Part shown: positions 24,765 through 36,056 of the stretch, one piece after another
Position numbering within the stretch: position 1 is the first letter of the stretch
How the letters are laid out: each line of letters starts with the position of its first letter
Assembly: GCA_973895155.1 (NCBI GenBank)
Contig: OZ316892.1
Span: 2,359,223 to 2,423,222 of the forward strand
DNA from: Marsupella aquatica
Lineage: Eukaryota > Plantae > Marchantiophyta
Reading direction: 5' to 3'
DNA length: 64,000 nt
The notes under the pieces: generated by a model
Told to the model about the DNA's origin: nothing
The model's database searches: none
What the model saw: the letters and a program-made list of their open reading frames with translations, nothing else
Translations under genes and position numbers: made by a program

Positions 24765-25769
24765 ATTCTCTGAATAGGCACCCACCTCTCTCTTTCTTTC
24801 GTGGTGTTCCTCTTTGCGTTGCTTGCCTTTTTGGGTTTCCTTTCCAATCTTTTTGGACTCTATCCTCGCATGATTCCCCCTTCATGTCTCACGTCAGGCA
24901 CAACGTTCTTCCCTTTCCCTTGCCTGCCCTGCCCAACCCTGCCCCTGCCCTTCTTGAGCTGGATCTGGCCGGGCGGTGTTTCGTTTTCCATTGCCCGCGG
25001 GCAGAAAGTGACTGCCCGACTGCCCCAGCGGCGGATCGATCTGGCAGGGATGTGTTTCGCTTTCCGTTGCCCGCGGGTAGGAAGTGACTGCCCACCTGCC
25101 CGAGTCGCCAGCGGGATTCTACAAGTATTTTCTCAGACAGCGAAGAGCAAAATTAAGGTTTTTTCCTTTTGGTAGTGTGGCGAAGCTCCCCAAAGGACAT
25201 GATTCTAGATAGATTCCTTTTCTCATTTTGCCGTATTGGTTTCTGACCGTCAGTTCTGGCAGATGGTAACTGTGGCTAAGTGTGAAATCGACTGGTGGAA
25301 TTTATTTTTTAAGCCAAGGAAATAGTCGAGAAATATTTTTGAGAGGTGGAATTAACTACTGTAGCTAATTTTTGCCACAAAACACAAGTATAGTCAACCT
25401 TCTATTCCAAAAATGATCATATGAGTGTGAAGTATTTGCTTGGTTGACTCCCAAAATGAAACTTGTTACTTGATCTACCCCCTGAGGTCTACAATGGTCC
25501 AGATCTGAGATCAAAAGGTCCCATCAATGGTCCAGATTGGGGAAAAGTATTGAGGGGGTTGATTAAGCAAACTTTTTCCAGAAGGGGGTCTACTAAGCAT
25601 ATCTCTCGATCAAGTGTCTAGCTAGCCCCAAAGTGTGGGAACGTTCAAATATTACCCTCGAGTGCCAAGTTGTCCAATCAACTTACCCAACAGATCTCAA
25701 GCTGCCCCAAGTTGTGAGAGAACAAGATAGTCACATTTTTGCTTATTTATTTTCAATATTTTTAAGCAA

Positions 25770-26060
25770 TTGGCTTAGGTTAGCTGGCCAAGGTAATAAC
25801 CTAAAATTGAGAGGTCCCAGGTTCAATCCCCCTTCCACAAGCAAGGGGTGCAGAGGGTATTGTGTGTATATGTGGGTGGGGTGTAGTGGTTAAGAGTATT
25901 GGTTTCTCTTCGGGTCTTGGTTGCCCACTTTGGGACCCTAGTTCAACTGTTCCCTCCCTCCTCCTGGTGTGGGTCCTCATCTGATCCCTGGGTATCATCC
26001 TTTTGTGGATACCCTATAGAGATGCATGCTCCAAAGTGGGTCATCTATCCACAATTGGAC
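25770..26060 (+). mobile_element. Putative tRNA-derived SINE copy
   Basis: tRNA-like head with B-box GGTTCAATCC (~25821) and a second tRNA-like segment GTGTAGTGGTTAAG...GTTCAACT. Homologous to 13150-13470 (-) and more weakly to 30340-30620. Confidence 0.55.
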
Positions 26061-28352
26061 GGGTTTGCTTTGGGTCTGCACAAATAAGGGTAGTCACATT
26101 TTACACATTTTCCTATGTTGTTAAAAACATCTTGCAGAAATAATAATGAACAATGAATAAATGGTGCCACTTCCACGGTCTTTTTTACAAATAAAATATG
26201 ATTAATTTTTGGTCCTTTTATTGACACATTTTGGACCCTGCTCTGCCCTTATTTTCTCCTCTCCTGGGCCTGCCCTGACTCCCCCTCCCCCCAACACCCC
26301 ATGTGTCCCGAACCCGCCCTGCCCCGCCCCACCTGGTCTTTTCTTCTCCATTTGTGGAATCCCCTTTTGCCTCCCCTCCTTTCTCTTCCCCTCTCAAATA
26401 TAAGGGTTGCCTGACCATTTGCCTCCCGGTGCAACTTTTCACCTCCTTCACCTTTGCATTCCTCTATCATCATTTTGCCATCACCTCATCCTTGCCTCCC
26501 TTCACCTTCCTCCTTTGCCCTCACCTCCTCTCTCACCCTTGCCTCCCTTTGCCCACCTCCCAACCCGCCCTCACATCTCTCCCTTGTAGCCCTCTTGACA
26601 AACACTGACCAGCCAACAACATCCTTGATGACACTTCTTTGTCTCCACAGCACCTCCTTGCCTTGATGACACTTGCGTGCCTAAGTGCATTCTTTGCCTT
26701 GAAGACACTTCCTTGACTCATTTTGAAAACTTTTTGTGCAACACGTTAACATTGAACTACTTAATCTAATTATGGGGACCTGGATCCACTAGGATTTGAA
26801 AATGAACAGCCCCAAAGTACTCATCCGGTTCGCTCAGGCCCTGCTCAAAACACAATCATTTTGGGGTAGTTTTTTTCAATTTTAAAATTGATGCAAAACT
26901 GAAAAGTCAGAGTTTACATTCCAATAAAATAGTACTAAAACGTATGTCAGAGTCGTTTTTTAATTTTCACAAGCACTCTAGAGACATACTAATTATTGTA
27001 TTCCAGAAAATGAAGCAATCCCAAAATAGTCTTCTCATGCTTGAGGTTTGTCAATTTAAACTAATTTTAACACTGAAAAAGTCCGTGTTCACATCAAGAT
27101 ACTAAACTATTATTATTACAACTTACATCAGAGTTGTTTTTAATGTCACCAGCACTGTAAAATATTTTGTAGTATTTTTGTTTGCGCGAAGCATATGGGA
27201 CGGGCCCACGGTGGTACTGTTCTAGTCGCTGTATCCCCATGACCCCGTTCCACGCTCGGTTAGCCTCACCGTCCCACGCGTCGTCCACTACTACTGTAGG
27301 AGTGCCCGCTATTCCGGAACCTTTTCGCACCTGCCAAACTGACCGTGTGACAGTGGGGCAGCTCGTGTGGGATACCGTCCGACCAGTACGGGTTTCGCAA
27401 GACACTGACGTCCGCTCTGGGCAGGATCCTGTCAGACGGTGGGGTCAGCTGGGCCGGCCCGGGCAGCATCCACCAGGAATCCGTATGGGCTGCCCGGGCA
27501 CCTCTTGTGGGGTCCAGTCTGGGCACTCGGGTATAGTGGGCAGCGCAGGCAAGGAAGGTTCGATACATTTAACCCTCTCTAAGTGCATTCTTTTGGGAAT
27601 ACCACTTTTTGCAGTCCTTGATAAGTGCAAATCCCCCAAAAAATCGGCTGGACTTTGGCCATTCAAAAAAATCAAGTGAGAAAGTCGCAATGGATTCTCC
27701 ATAAGGGGAAATTTGATCCTTCCGGGAAGACGGATCCTGTGTGCACTTAGCCATTTGTTGCAATCCTCGATAAGTGCAAATCCCCTTATAAGTTGACTCA
27801 TGGAGTTTGGCACTCGAAAAACTCAAAGCGAGCAGGTCGTAAGGGATTCTCTACAAGGGGAAGTCAGAAAATCACAGCTGAAGGGTCATCCACTATTCCA
27901 TGTGTCATAACGTCTGCTAGCCTGATTACCCCGGAGGCTAAGTTTGATAGACGTGACCCAAAAAAGACCTTACTAAAAGAAAAATTCTTCGTTTTCTTCC
28001 TCCATGCTTGCCCCCATCCATGTTTTCTGCATGCATCTCCAGTTTTCCCCTTAGAGTCTCAGTCTAGCTGCTTCAGTGTAGACAGTAGGTCTAAGGAGCG
28101 TTTGATTACAATTAGTAAGGTAAATGAAATGTGGCAAGAAAACAAGAAAGTTATCTTTGGGATTTGTAGGTCTCTCAACACTCAGGACAATACTAGGCTC
28201 ATTGACAATATCTTTCCAAACCATTTGTAATGGACACCAAAAAAACAAAATTCAATTGGATATGAGGGAGACACTGAATGTCAAAGTTAGTTGCTCAAAA
28301 AAATTTAGAAGCACAAACTGTGGATAATGAGTAATGGAATGATCTTAATTTT

Positions 28353-28567
28353 CTCGGTCCGCTTGGGTTAGTTTTAGTCTCTCTCTCTTTCTTGGTTTTT
28401 AGGGGTTCCCTATTGTTCATTTCTTACTTTTAGTTCCTCTTTCTTGGTGTTTAGTGGTTCCCTTTTGCTCACTTCTTTTTCGATTGGTTTTGTCCACTTG
28501 GGCCCTCTTTTGTTTGTTCATTTGTACTCTGTTTGGTTCCTTTGTATATAAAAAGTGTGTATATTTT
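28353..28567 (+). mobile_element. Solo 3'-UTR fragment (extreme 5' truncation) of the CRE-type non-LTR element at 33475-36056
   Basis: Near-identical to 35846-36056, with the same terminus TTTGTATATAAAAAGTGTGTATATTTT. Confidence 0.92.
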
Positions 28568-29934
28568 GATTTAGACATTCATAAGACTTCTTAGAAAGTT
28601 CTTTCCAAACCTAATGAGCCCCAAAATGGCAATTCAGGTGGATATCAAAGGGAGATATGGATCTACAAACTTTGCTATTGAAACCTTCTGAAACCACAAG
28701 GGTGGCATTGAGTGATGTTAAAAGTGTCACACTTAATTAATGGGGGTTGCATTGTTCATGGGCTCAGTCCAATGGGAGCATCATTTTCAGCTGCGACTAT
28801 TTCCGAAATTCTCGAAACACTAACTATTTTGTCTCATTATGGGCAGCTCCCACTGAAACGTGTGCTCATGCCTAAACTCCAAAAGCCATCTTTTGCAGAG
28901 AGCTGGCCAAGTGGCCATGTCAGCAGCCAAGTCTCATGGTGGGCCCCTATTTGGGCCGTCCAAAGACTGGAGACTTCACTTTCGGCAGAGGTGGGATCAA
29001 ATCAAACACCACATTAAAGAATAGAAAAAAACATTCCAAAAAAAAGACCGCATCTGGAGAAAGGAACAAATCTGGGTATCAACTAATATCTCATTCCCAC
29101 GTTGCACTCCTGGCTCTTTTTACCAAACAGTTACTGATGAGTTAGTTCCAAGGCACGTCAGCTCTTGAGCTAAGTTTGTGAACTTTTCAAAGTTCCTAAA
29201 GTGCTTATCTAAACGACCAATTTACTTCTAAAAGGGCCAAACAAAGTACAAAAGAGAAAATGAAAAAGAGGTCCTGACAGGACAAACACCAAATTAAGTA
29301 TACATCACTCTGCCAAAGAATAGCCAAAGAACAACTTTAAGGGCCACGAAAGGAAATCCTTCGAAGCTGGATGGATCACAAAGTGCTCCTTGTATAACAT
29401 TTAATTTGTTTACTTGAAATCCTGATGTGACCCTTATTAAAATAAACATTTTCACAAACCTTGTGCAAGTTTCAATAGGAATTATATCACCCTTAGCAGC
29501 TCAAGGGTTAGCCGTTGACAACTTTGCAGCATTGCGTTCAACAGTTGAATAGTCTATGGAGTTTGTAAATTCATGTTTCCAGATCAACAGAACTCCTCTC
29601 CATTAAATCAGACACTACATGTGGACCATTAAGTCACCACACTATTGTAGTGGGATATCTTTATTTTATTTTATTTTATTCTTTCTTGTTCTCTGGATTT
29701 GCATTTTCCGTCTTCTTTTGCAATTTAGTGTTTTGTCCTCTCTGGACTTCTTATGAGATACACCTTTGTCCTCTGATCAAAAGTAATAAAAATAAAAAAC
29801 GTCCACGAAAATGTATAAATCAGGAAAAAGGAAAATACAATGAAAGAAAAGGAAAGAAAAGAAAAAGAGGTCCATTGATTGGCCCTTTTTTAGTAAGTTG
29901 CCCATTTCTGCCTCCATGGCCCAACAAAGTAACG

Positions 29935-29956
29935 CCCCCCCCCCCCCCCCCCCCCC
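29935..29956. repeat. C22 homopolymer
   Basis: Directly visible. Confidence 0.9.
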
Positions 29957-31552
29957 TTTTCCCGTACTACAGTGACTTCCATCCTACCCATGAACGAGGA
30001 GGATCACGTATTGTGGTTTTCTTTTGGTGTTTTCTGGGAAAAGGAGGGGGGCCCAAATGGTGTTTTTTGGACCTTTTGACAGCTACGTCATCTTTATTTC
30101 GGTAGGGTGGTGTATTAGGCGGTTTGACTCTTTGAACTCAATAATGGACGGCCTGGAGTAATTGACAAACCAATTAGTGAAATAGTCAGATGAGAATCAC
30201 AATTTGATAGATTGGGTACTACTCTCCAAAATATTTCACTCACAATATTCATATTTTTATTGCATGATGGGGTATTTCAGGAAGGGTTTAGGTCTCATCA
30301 TAGGCAGGTAGTACTTGATGAAACTTATCCTTCAAGGTCAGGTTGCTGGGGATTGGCTCTGGCATTGAAAGGTCTCTGGTTCAAATTCCCCTCCATGCCC
30401 AGGGGTGGGTACAGGAGTGGCTACAAGGTGTGTACTGGGCTAGGCTCATGGCTTAGCACAGCTCCCTATTCAATAGACATTCTCCTACAGGCCATCTGTT
30501 GGGGTGAGGCTGGCATGGGTCCCTCTGAACCTTCCCCTCAAGGGTCTCTTTTTGTGTAATATGCCATACGTCTATGTCACCACTCCAATGGGGAATGGGA
30601 GTGACTCGAGCAATCCCATTTCCTTTTGAGACAAGCAAGATAAGCAGGTTACGATGGAGAAAATATCGTATATTTTTCAGAAATGAAACCTAGCCCATCA
30701 GCCCTATTCGAAGGGCTCAAAATCAAAAAATATTATTTTCTTAGATTAATTAATATGTTTTTAATCCTGTCATTTAAGATGGTATATCACGTGTCATATG
30801 TTAGAAGAGCAAGGTTTTAACACGAAAAAGATAGTGGACAATTATACTCATTTGGAGAAATATCACAATATGTCTAGACATCATATTAGAAAGAACCATC
30901 CAATCTAATTGGGATGAAATATTTGGTTGCCATCATGCAAAGAAGAAACCACATACTATACCTAAGCATACAAATCTAGGAGTAAAGCAAACTGGGACCC
31001 AAAAGATATTTCAAAACAAGACACATGGGATCATGCACCTTTTCATATCCATAAGGGAACACAAAAGGTTACCACTAAACTATTTTTTCTATTCTATAAA
31101 ATAATATACCCAGCTGAAGAATGTTAAATTGTAGCATATATATGTCAGTGTAAGATCCAATTTACTATCTGAATAAACAAAAAACCAAATCCTTGCATAT
31201 TTTAGAGATTTTCTTGACCAACAGGCTAGTGTGAGAAAAGAATGTTGTGCAAGGCTGAGATTTTATTGTTTCTTAAATGTGGTGATATGTGTGATCTTGT
31301 TTCTTAAATGTGTGATCTTCCAGCAAATCATAATAAAGACCGTGTTTATTTTGAAGTCACCATCAAGTATATAAGAGATGTAGCACTCCCTTTTGTTGTA
31401 TCACAAAATGCATAGCTACACAGGCCCAGCTCAGCTCAAGAAGAATCAGTAGTCAAGCATGCTCACACACTATTTTTTTCTACGAATAGCATCTGGTATA
31501 TAGATTGATGAGAGGAATTTAAATCACTTAGACTCTTTTCCAGAATGAAAGA

Positions 31553-31805
31553 GCTTGATGGATAATTCTGACAATAGGATAAGCCGTTGCCAATGCTGGT
31601 CTAATCAGACGATCAACACAGAAATCCAGGGATCATTCCAAGCAAGGTCCCTATTATATATGACGGCTGCTCCAAAGCTTCAAGCTGGGTTGATGCCCAT
31701 GGTCAAACTCTGCCAGACGATAAGTATAACTCTGGAATTGACACAACAGCAGAGCCACCTGACCAATATGAGGGTGATGGGAATGGTAGCAAGGTGAACC
31801 AATAA
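31553..31805 (-). pseudogene. PIP: Decayed PIP-type aquaporin fragment (second NPA loop and TM6)
   Basis: The minus strand translates to [11 protein letters not shown][~70-nt insert][24 protein letters not shown][frameshift]-CVDRLIRPALATAY. The PIP consensus is [26 protein letters not shown]...[22 protein letters not shown]. Confidence 0.85.
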
Positions 31806-33474
31806 ATTTGTGGTATATTTTCACAGCTTGCACATGAAAACTTTAATATCACAGGTTACTTGTTGGGTCAGCAAAAGACTTGATGGGCCCCTCTAGGTAA
31901 ACATATCTGACTAGTACTTCACTTCTCAATTGGACTTCCTGGGGCTCAATTGGACTTCCTGGGGCCCTTGTCCCTGTAACCATTCCTTATCACCTGTGTG
32001 AATACTTTTTTCCTTGTTTGATTCTAACGTGGTAGGTAGAGCTATGTAAGTAGTACTCCAGGTGTACTCCCTCCAATTATTTTGGAGTGTAAACTTGTTT
32101 GAAAATGTTTATATAAAGGAAGTAGGGAATTACTTAGCCACTGTCACTCCCATATTCATTTTATTCTTGTTTTGAAACACTTCTGCATATAAGTTGCATA
32201 TAAGGTACGTAGTACTTAGTCTCTTTATCTTTTCTTATGTTTTACAAAGTACTCATGCTTGAAAGTACTTCTTCAAGTATCATTTTGCCTGAATGATTTT
32301 GAGTGCTCTCTGGGTGCTATTTTTTAAAAGTTGTATTTTGTAAGAAAATCACATGGGGACTCAAATAATTAATTCATGGTGTTTTTGCTTAAGGTTTTTG
32401 TGCAAACAAATCACATGACGTGAGCATTTTTTTGGTGTTATTCTTGTAATTTCTCACTTTTTGACATTCCTCTCATTTACCATGAGACTTTGTTCCCACA
32501 ATTTTGGGAAAAAGTACTAAAAATGGTGAAATCTGTAACCACATTTTTGTCTTGGCTAGTGTGGGTTTAAAGTGAGATCTTAAGCAATGTAGGTGATATC
32601 CATAGTCCCTCCAGGTTAGCTTCTAGTGGTTCCGCAAGAGAATTTTGTGAATGATATTTGAAGAATATTCCAAGTATCTTAATATGATGTTTCTGTGACA
32701 TTATCTTTATAATTAAAAACTAAATCAAAAGAATAATATGTTGGGTTGCAATGTTTCTTGGTATAAGAAAGAGTATTTATGGACCCCATTGGAAGTTATT
32801 TCCAAAATTCTTGGCCCAAGATGCACCTATATTCACATTAGCATGATTTGTCACAAACAAAAACTGTTAGTTATACAATAATAACTAAATTTTACTATTC
32901 CTGTTTGAGACAAGGCAAAGAAAAATAGTTAGACCTTGTAACTATCAAAACAATGGAAAATTGAAAGATAAAATTTCAAGTAAACAAAGACAAGGGTAAA
33001 TTAGGGGTGAAAGAAAATAATATTTGGATGACTTGTAGCTAATATATCAGTGTTTTCTGGTAATCTATTTCAATTTTTTAAATTAATTTACACATTTTTG
33101 AAATAATGACAAGTAGAAAGAAATTCTTCACTTACTCTACCATTTACGAAGATAACATAAGAAACCCAAAAACCTTTTTAATTTTTCTAACATTTACTAA
33201 GGTAAACTTTGGCTACTATGGATAGAGCAGTAACAAGCAAAACTAAGCAACACCATAACTAGTATAGGAATACCCAGGGACTCTAAGACCTTTCAATTAC
33301 TATGGACAACATAATATTTTGCATGAACTATACCTAAGGTTACATGTAGTAAAGACCTAGAGGTACCAAGGGAACCATTTTGCATGGAGAATTGCCCTAA
33401 GCATTACCATGAATGAACTGCTATTTGTCTTCAATGAAAATTATCCTAATTGCTTTTAAAATTCACTTCATTTA

Positions 33475-36056
33475 GAGTCTTCCTCCATGCCCCGCGTTGT
33501 TTTGCTGGTGGCCCCTCCGGCTATGTCTTTGAGCATTTTCGTGATTTATTCCCCCCTGAGGATCCTCAGTTTGGTTTTCCAGTTTTCTTCTCCTTTTGCT
33601 AGTGTATTGCAGCCGGTCGTTTGCCTCCTCCCGTCTCTCGGCTCTTGAGTGCTTCTCGTTTATTGGCCATGGCTAAGTCTTCACCGGGTGTTCGACCAAT
33701 TGCTATTGGGGAGGTTTTTCTTCGTCTTGTGTCTTGCACACTTTCCTCACAGTTTCGCTCTGCATTATCGGATCATCTCTCTCCACATCAGTTTGCAGTT
33801 GGCGTTCCTGCCGGTTGTGAGACAGTTATTGCGGGTATTCGAGCTACATTGGACCTCCACCCTGATTGGGTTGTCCTCCAGGTTGATGTCTCTAACGCTT
33901 TTAATACGGTTTCTCGGGCAGCCATTTTTCGTGCTTTGAGGGCGGCGGATCCAGACATCCAGTCCCTGATCCCCTTTGTCCGTTGTTTTTATGGACTCGA
34001 GGCCCCACTCTTCTATAGTCATCACTCCTCTACAGGTGTGTATACCACTCTTTCCTCTGCAGAAGGTACACGTCAGGGTGACCCTTTGGGTGGGCCTCTT
34101 TTTGCCATTGCCCATTTTACAGCTTTACGGGAAGCTGCCATGGCCCACCCCCAGTGTATCTTCCCCTCCCTTTCAGATGACACCCACATCATTGGTCCTC
34201 CTGCCGCGGTTACTTCTGCCCTCGCCACTCTTTCCACCCATTTGATGGGCCTCGGTTTACGAGTTCAGCCTGTGAAGAGTCGTGCATGGAGTCCAGCTGG
34301 GTTACCCTCTGATCTTGTGCTTCCCCCAGGGTTCTTACGTCCAGCCGATGGTCTTCGGGTCCTTGGCTCCCCAGTCGGTACCGCCTCCTTTTGCTCATCT
34401 TTCATCGTTGACTCTATACAGGCTGCCTTAGCCCATACTCCTATGCTCCCTAAGTTAGCAGATTCTCAGGTAGCATTTGGGATGTTGTTGAGGTGCATCC
34501 ACCCTCGTGCGTCTTATCTGGCTAGGACGCATCCCCCTACCGAGGATCTTTGTCTCCACCTTCGAGCATTTGATGTCTCCATTCGTCAGACCCTGGCCTC
34601 TCTTTTAGGTCCGGGTACGTTGCTCTCATCTCCGTGGCTTCATCGACAACTCAGTCTTCCTATTTCGCAGGGTGGTTTTGGGCTTACTTCCATTGAGAGC
34701 CTTGCACCTTTGGCCTTTTTGGGTGCGTGGGCGGCCGCCTTCTCGTTGTTGGCCGATCGTTTTCTTATTGAGGATCGCCCTTTTTTACTTTCATCTCTCA
34801 TGGAGGTAGAGGAGGGTTCCCTCCCGTTTCAGGTTCATTTGCGCGCAGCAAGGTCCTCCTTACCAGATCCTGTTCGCGCCGCGTTACCTTCTTTCCAGGA
34901 GTTTTTATCCTTGGATCCCGTTCGTCTTCAGGCAGACCTCGCTGGGCGTATGCACACTTTCACCCTTTCCAGCATCCTCTCCGAGGCACCTGACACGGAC
35001 CGAGCTCGGATTCTTTCTTTCGGAGGGAAGGGCGCAGGTGGATGGCTTCAGGCCAATCCAGTCATTCCTCATTTGCGGATGTCTTCAACGGAGTTCTCCA
35101 CAGCCATGCGTCTTCGTCTGGGGCTGCCCCACCCACTTCTTGCAGGTTTACCTCCTTCTTGCACTTGTGGGAAGCCTTGTGATGCCACAGGTGTCCATCT
35201 TCTTCGGTGCAGTTTGGGAGGTGAAACCATTATTGTTCACGACGCTGTGCGAGATGCGACTGCTCAGGTTCTCTTTGGCTCTTTGGTATGCGTGCAGCGG
35301 GAGGTGGTACTCGAGTTACCTGGTCCTCCATCACAGCGGTTACGGGTGGATCTTACCATGGTCCGTGAGGGTCAACGTACTTTGGCAGATGTTGTGGTGG
35401 CAAACCCATTGCGCCAAGACATCATTGGGACAGCGGCAACTACGGCAGGGGCAGCAACGTCACGTGCGGCAACAACAAAGGAGGCCAAATATGCTGCACG
35501 AGCTTCATCCGACAGCTTCCTCCCCCTTGCTGTGGAGCTATTTGGGCGTCTTCATCCTCAGTTTGATGGGCTTCTTCGGCAAGCTGCCCGGGATGTTCAT
35601 GGCCAAATGGGTCCCACCGGACCCCGCTTTCTATTTTGACCACGCACTTTCGCCAACGCATTTCAGTCACCTTACAGCGTGCTCAAGCTCGGGCCATCTA
35701 TCGTCGATCTCTTACAGTGGGTGCTAGTGTGCCTCCGCAGCGGCTAGCTCCCCTTGAGGATGTTCCAATCCCACTTGCCGATCTAGTTTTGACTCTTGAT
35801 GTGGACCATTAGCTTTTTGCCACAATCGGTAGGAATGATGAGGACCTCGGTCCGCTTGGGTTAGTTTTAGTCTCTCTTTCTTGGTTTTTAGGGGTTCCCT
35901 ATTGTTCATTTCTTACTTTTAGTTCCTCTTTCTTGGTGTTTAGTGGTTCCCTTTTGCTCACTTCTTTTTCGATTGGTTTTGTCCACTTGGGCCCTCTTTT
36001 GTTTGTTCATTTGTACTCTCTTTGGTCCCTTTGTATATAAAAAGTGTGTATATTTT
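33475..36056 (+). mobile_element. 5'-truncated non-LTR retrotransposon with RT and C-terminal restriction-like endonuclease (CRE-clade-like)
   Basis: AGGPSG region 0, VRPIAIGE, VDVSNAFNTVSR, GTRQGDPLGG, catalytic SLSDD, zinc knuckle CTCG...HLLRC, HDAVRD, RVD...LADV...KEAKY...PLAVELFG; T-rich 3' UTR; no LTRs. Confidence 0.9.
33503..35812 (+). pseudogene. Disrupted RT-REL ORF of the CRE-like element
   Basis: In-frame TAG at 33600-33602. Frameshift at the C4 run 35622-35625, after which FRQRISVTLQRAQARAI...DVDH* continues to TAG 35812. Confidence 0.85.

Noticed and set aside
24184-25175. ORFs of 117-208 aa
   Set aside because: They cross a (CT)n microsatellite and tandem repeats; no protein motif.
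25770-25950. Possible tRNA genes
   Set aside because: Only box-like motifs; I could not fold a full cloverleaf, and the sequence continues as a dispersed repeat (treated as SINE-like).
29440-29640. Possible decayed exon on the minus strand
   Set aside because: Stops in all frames and no identifiable protein family.
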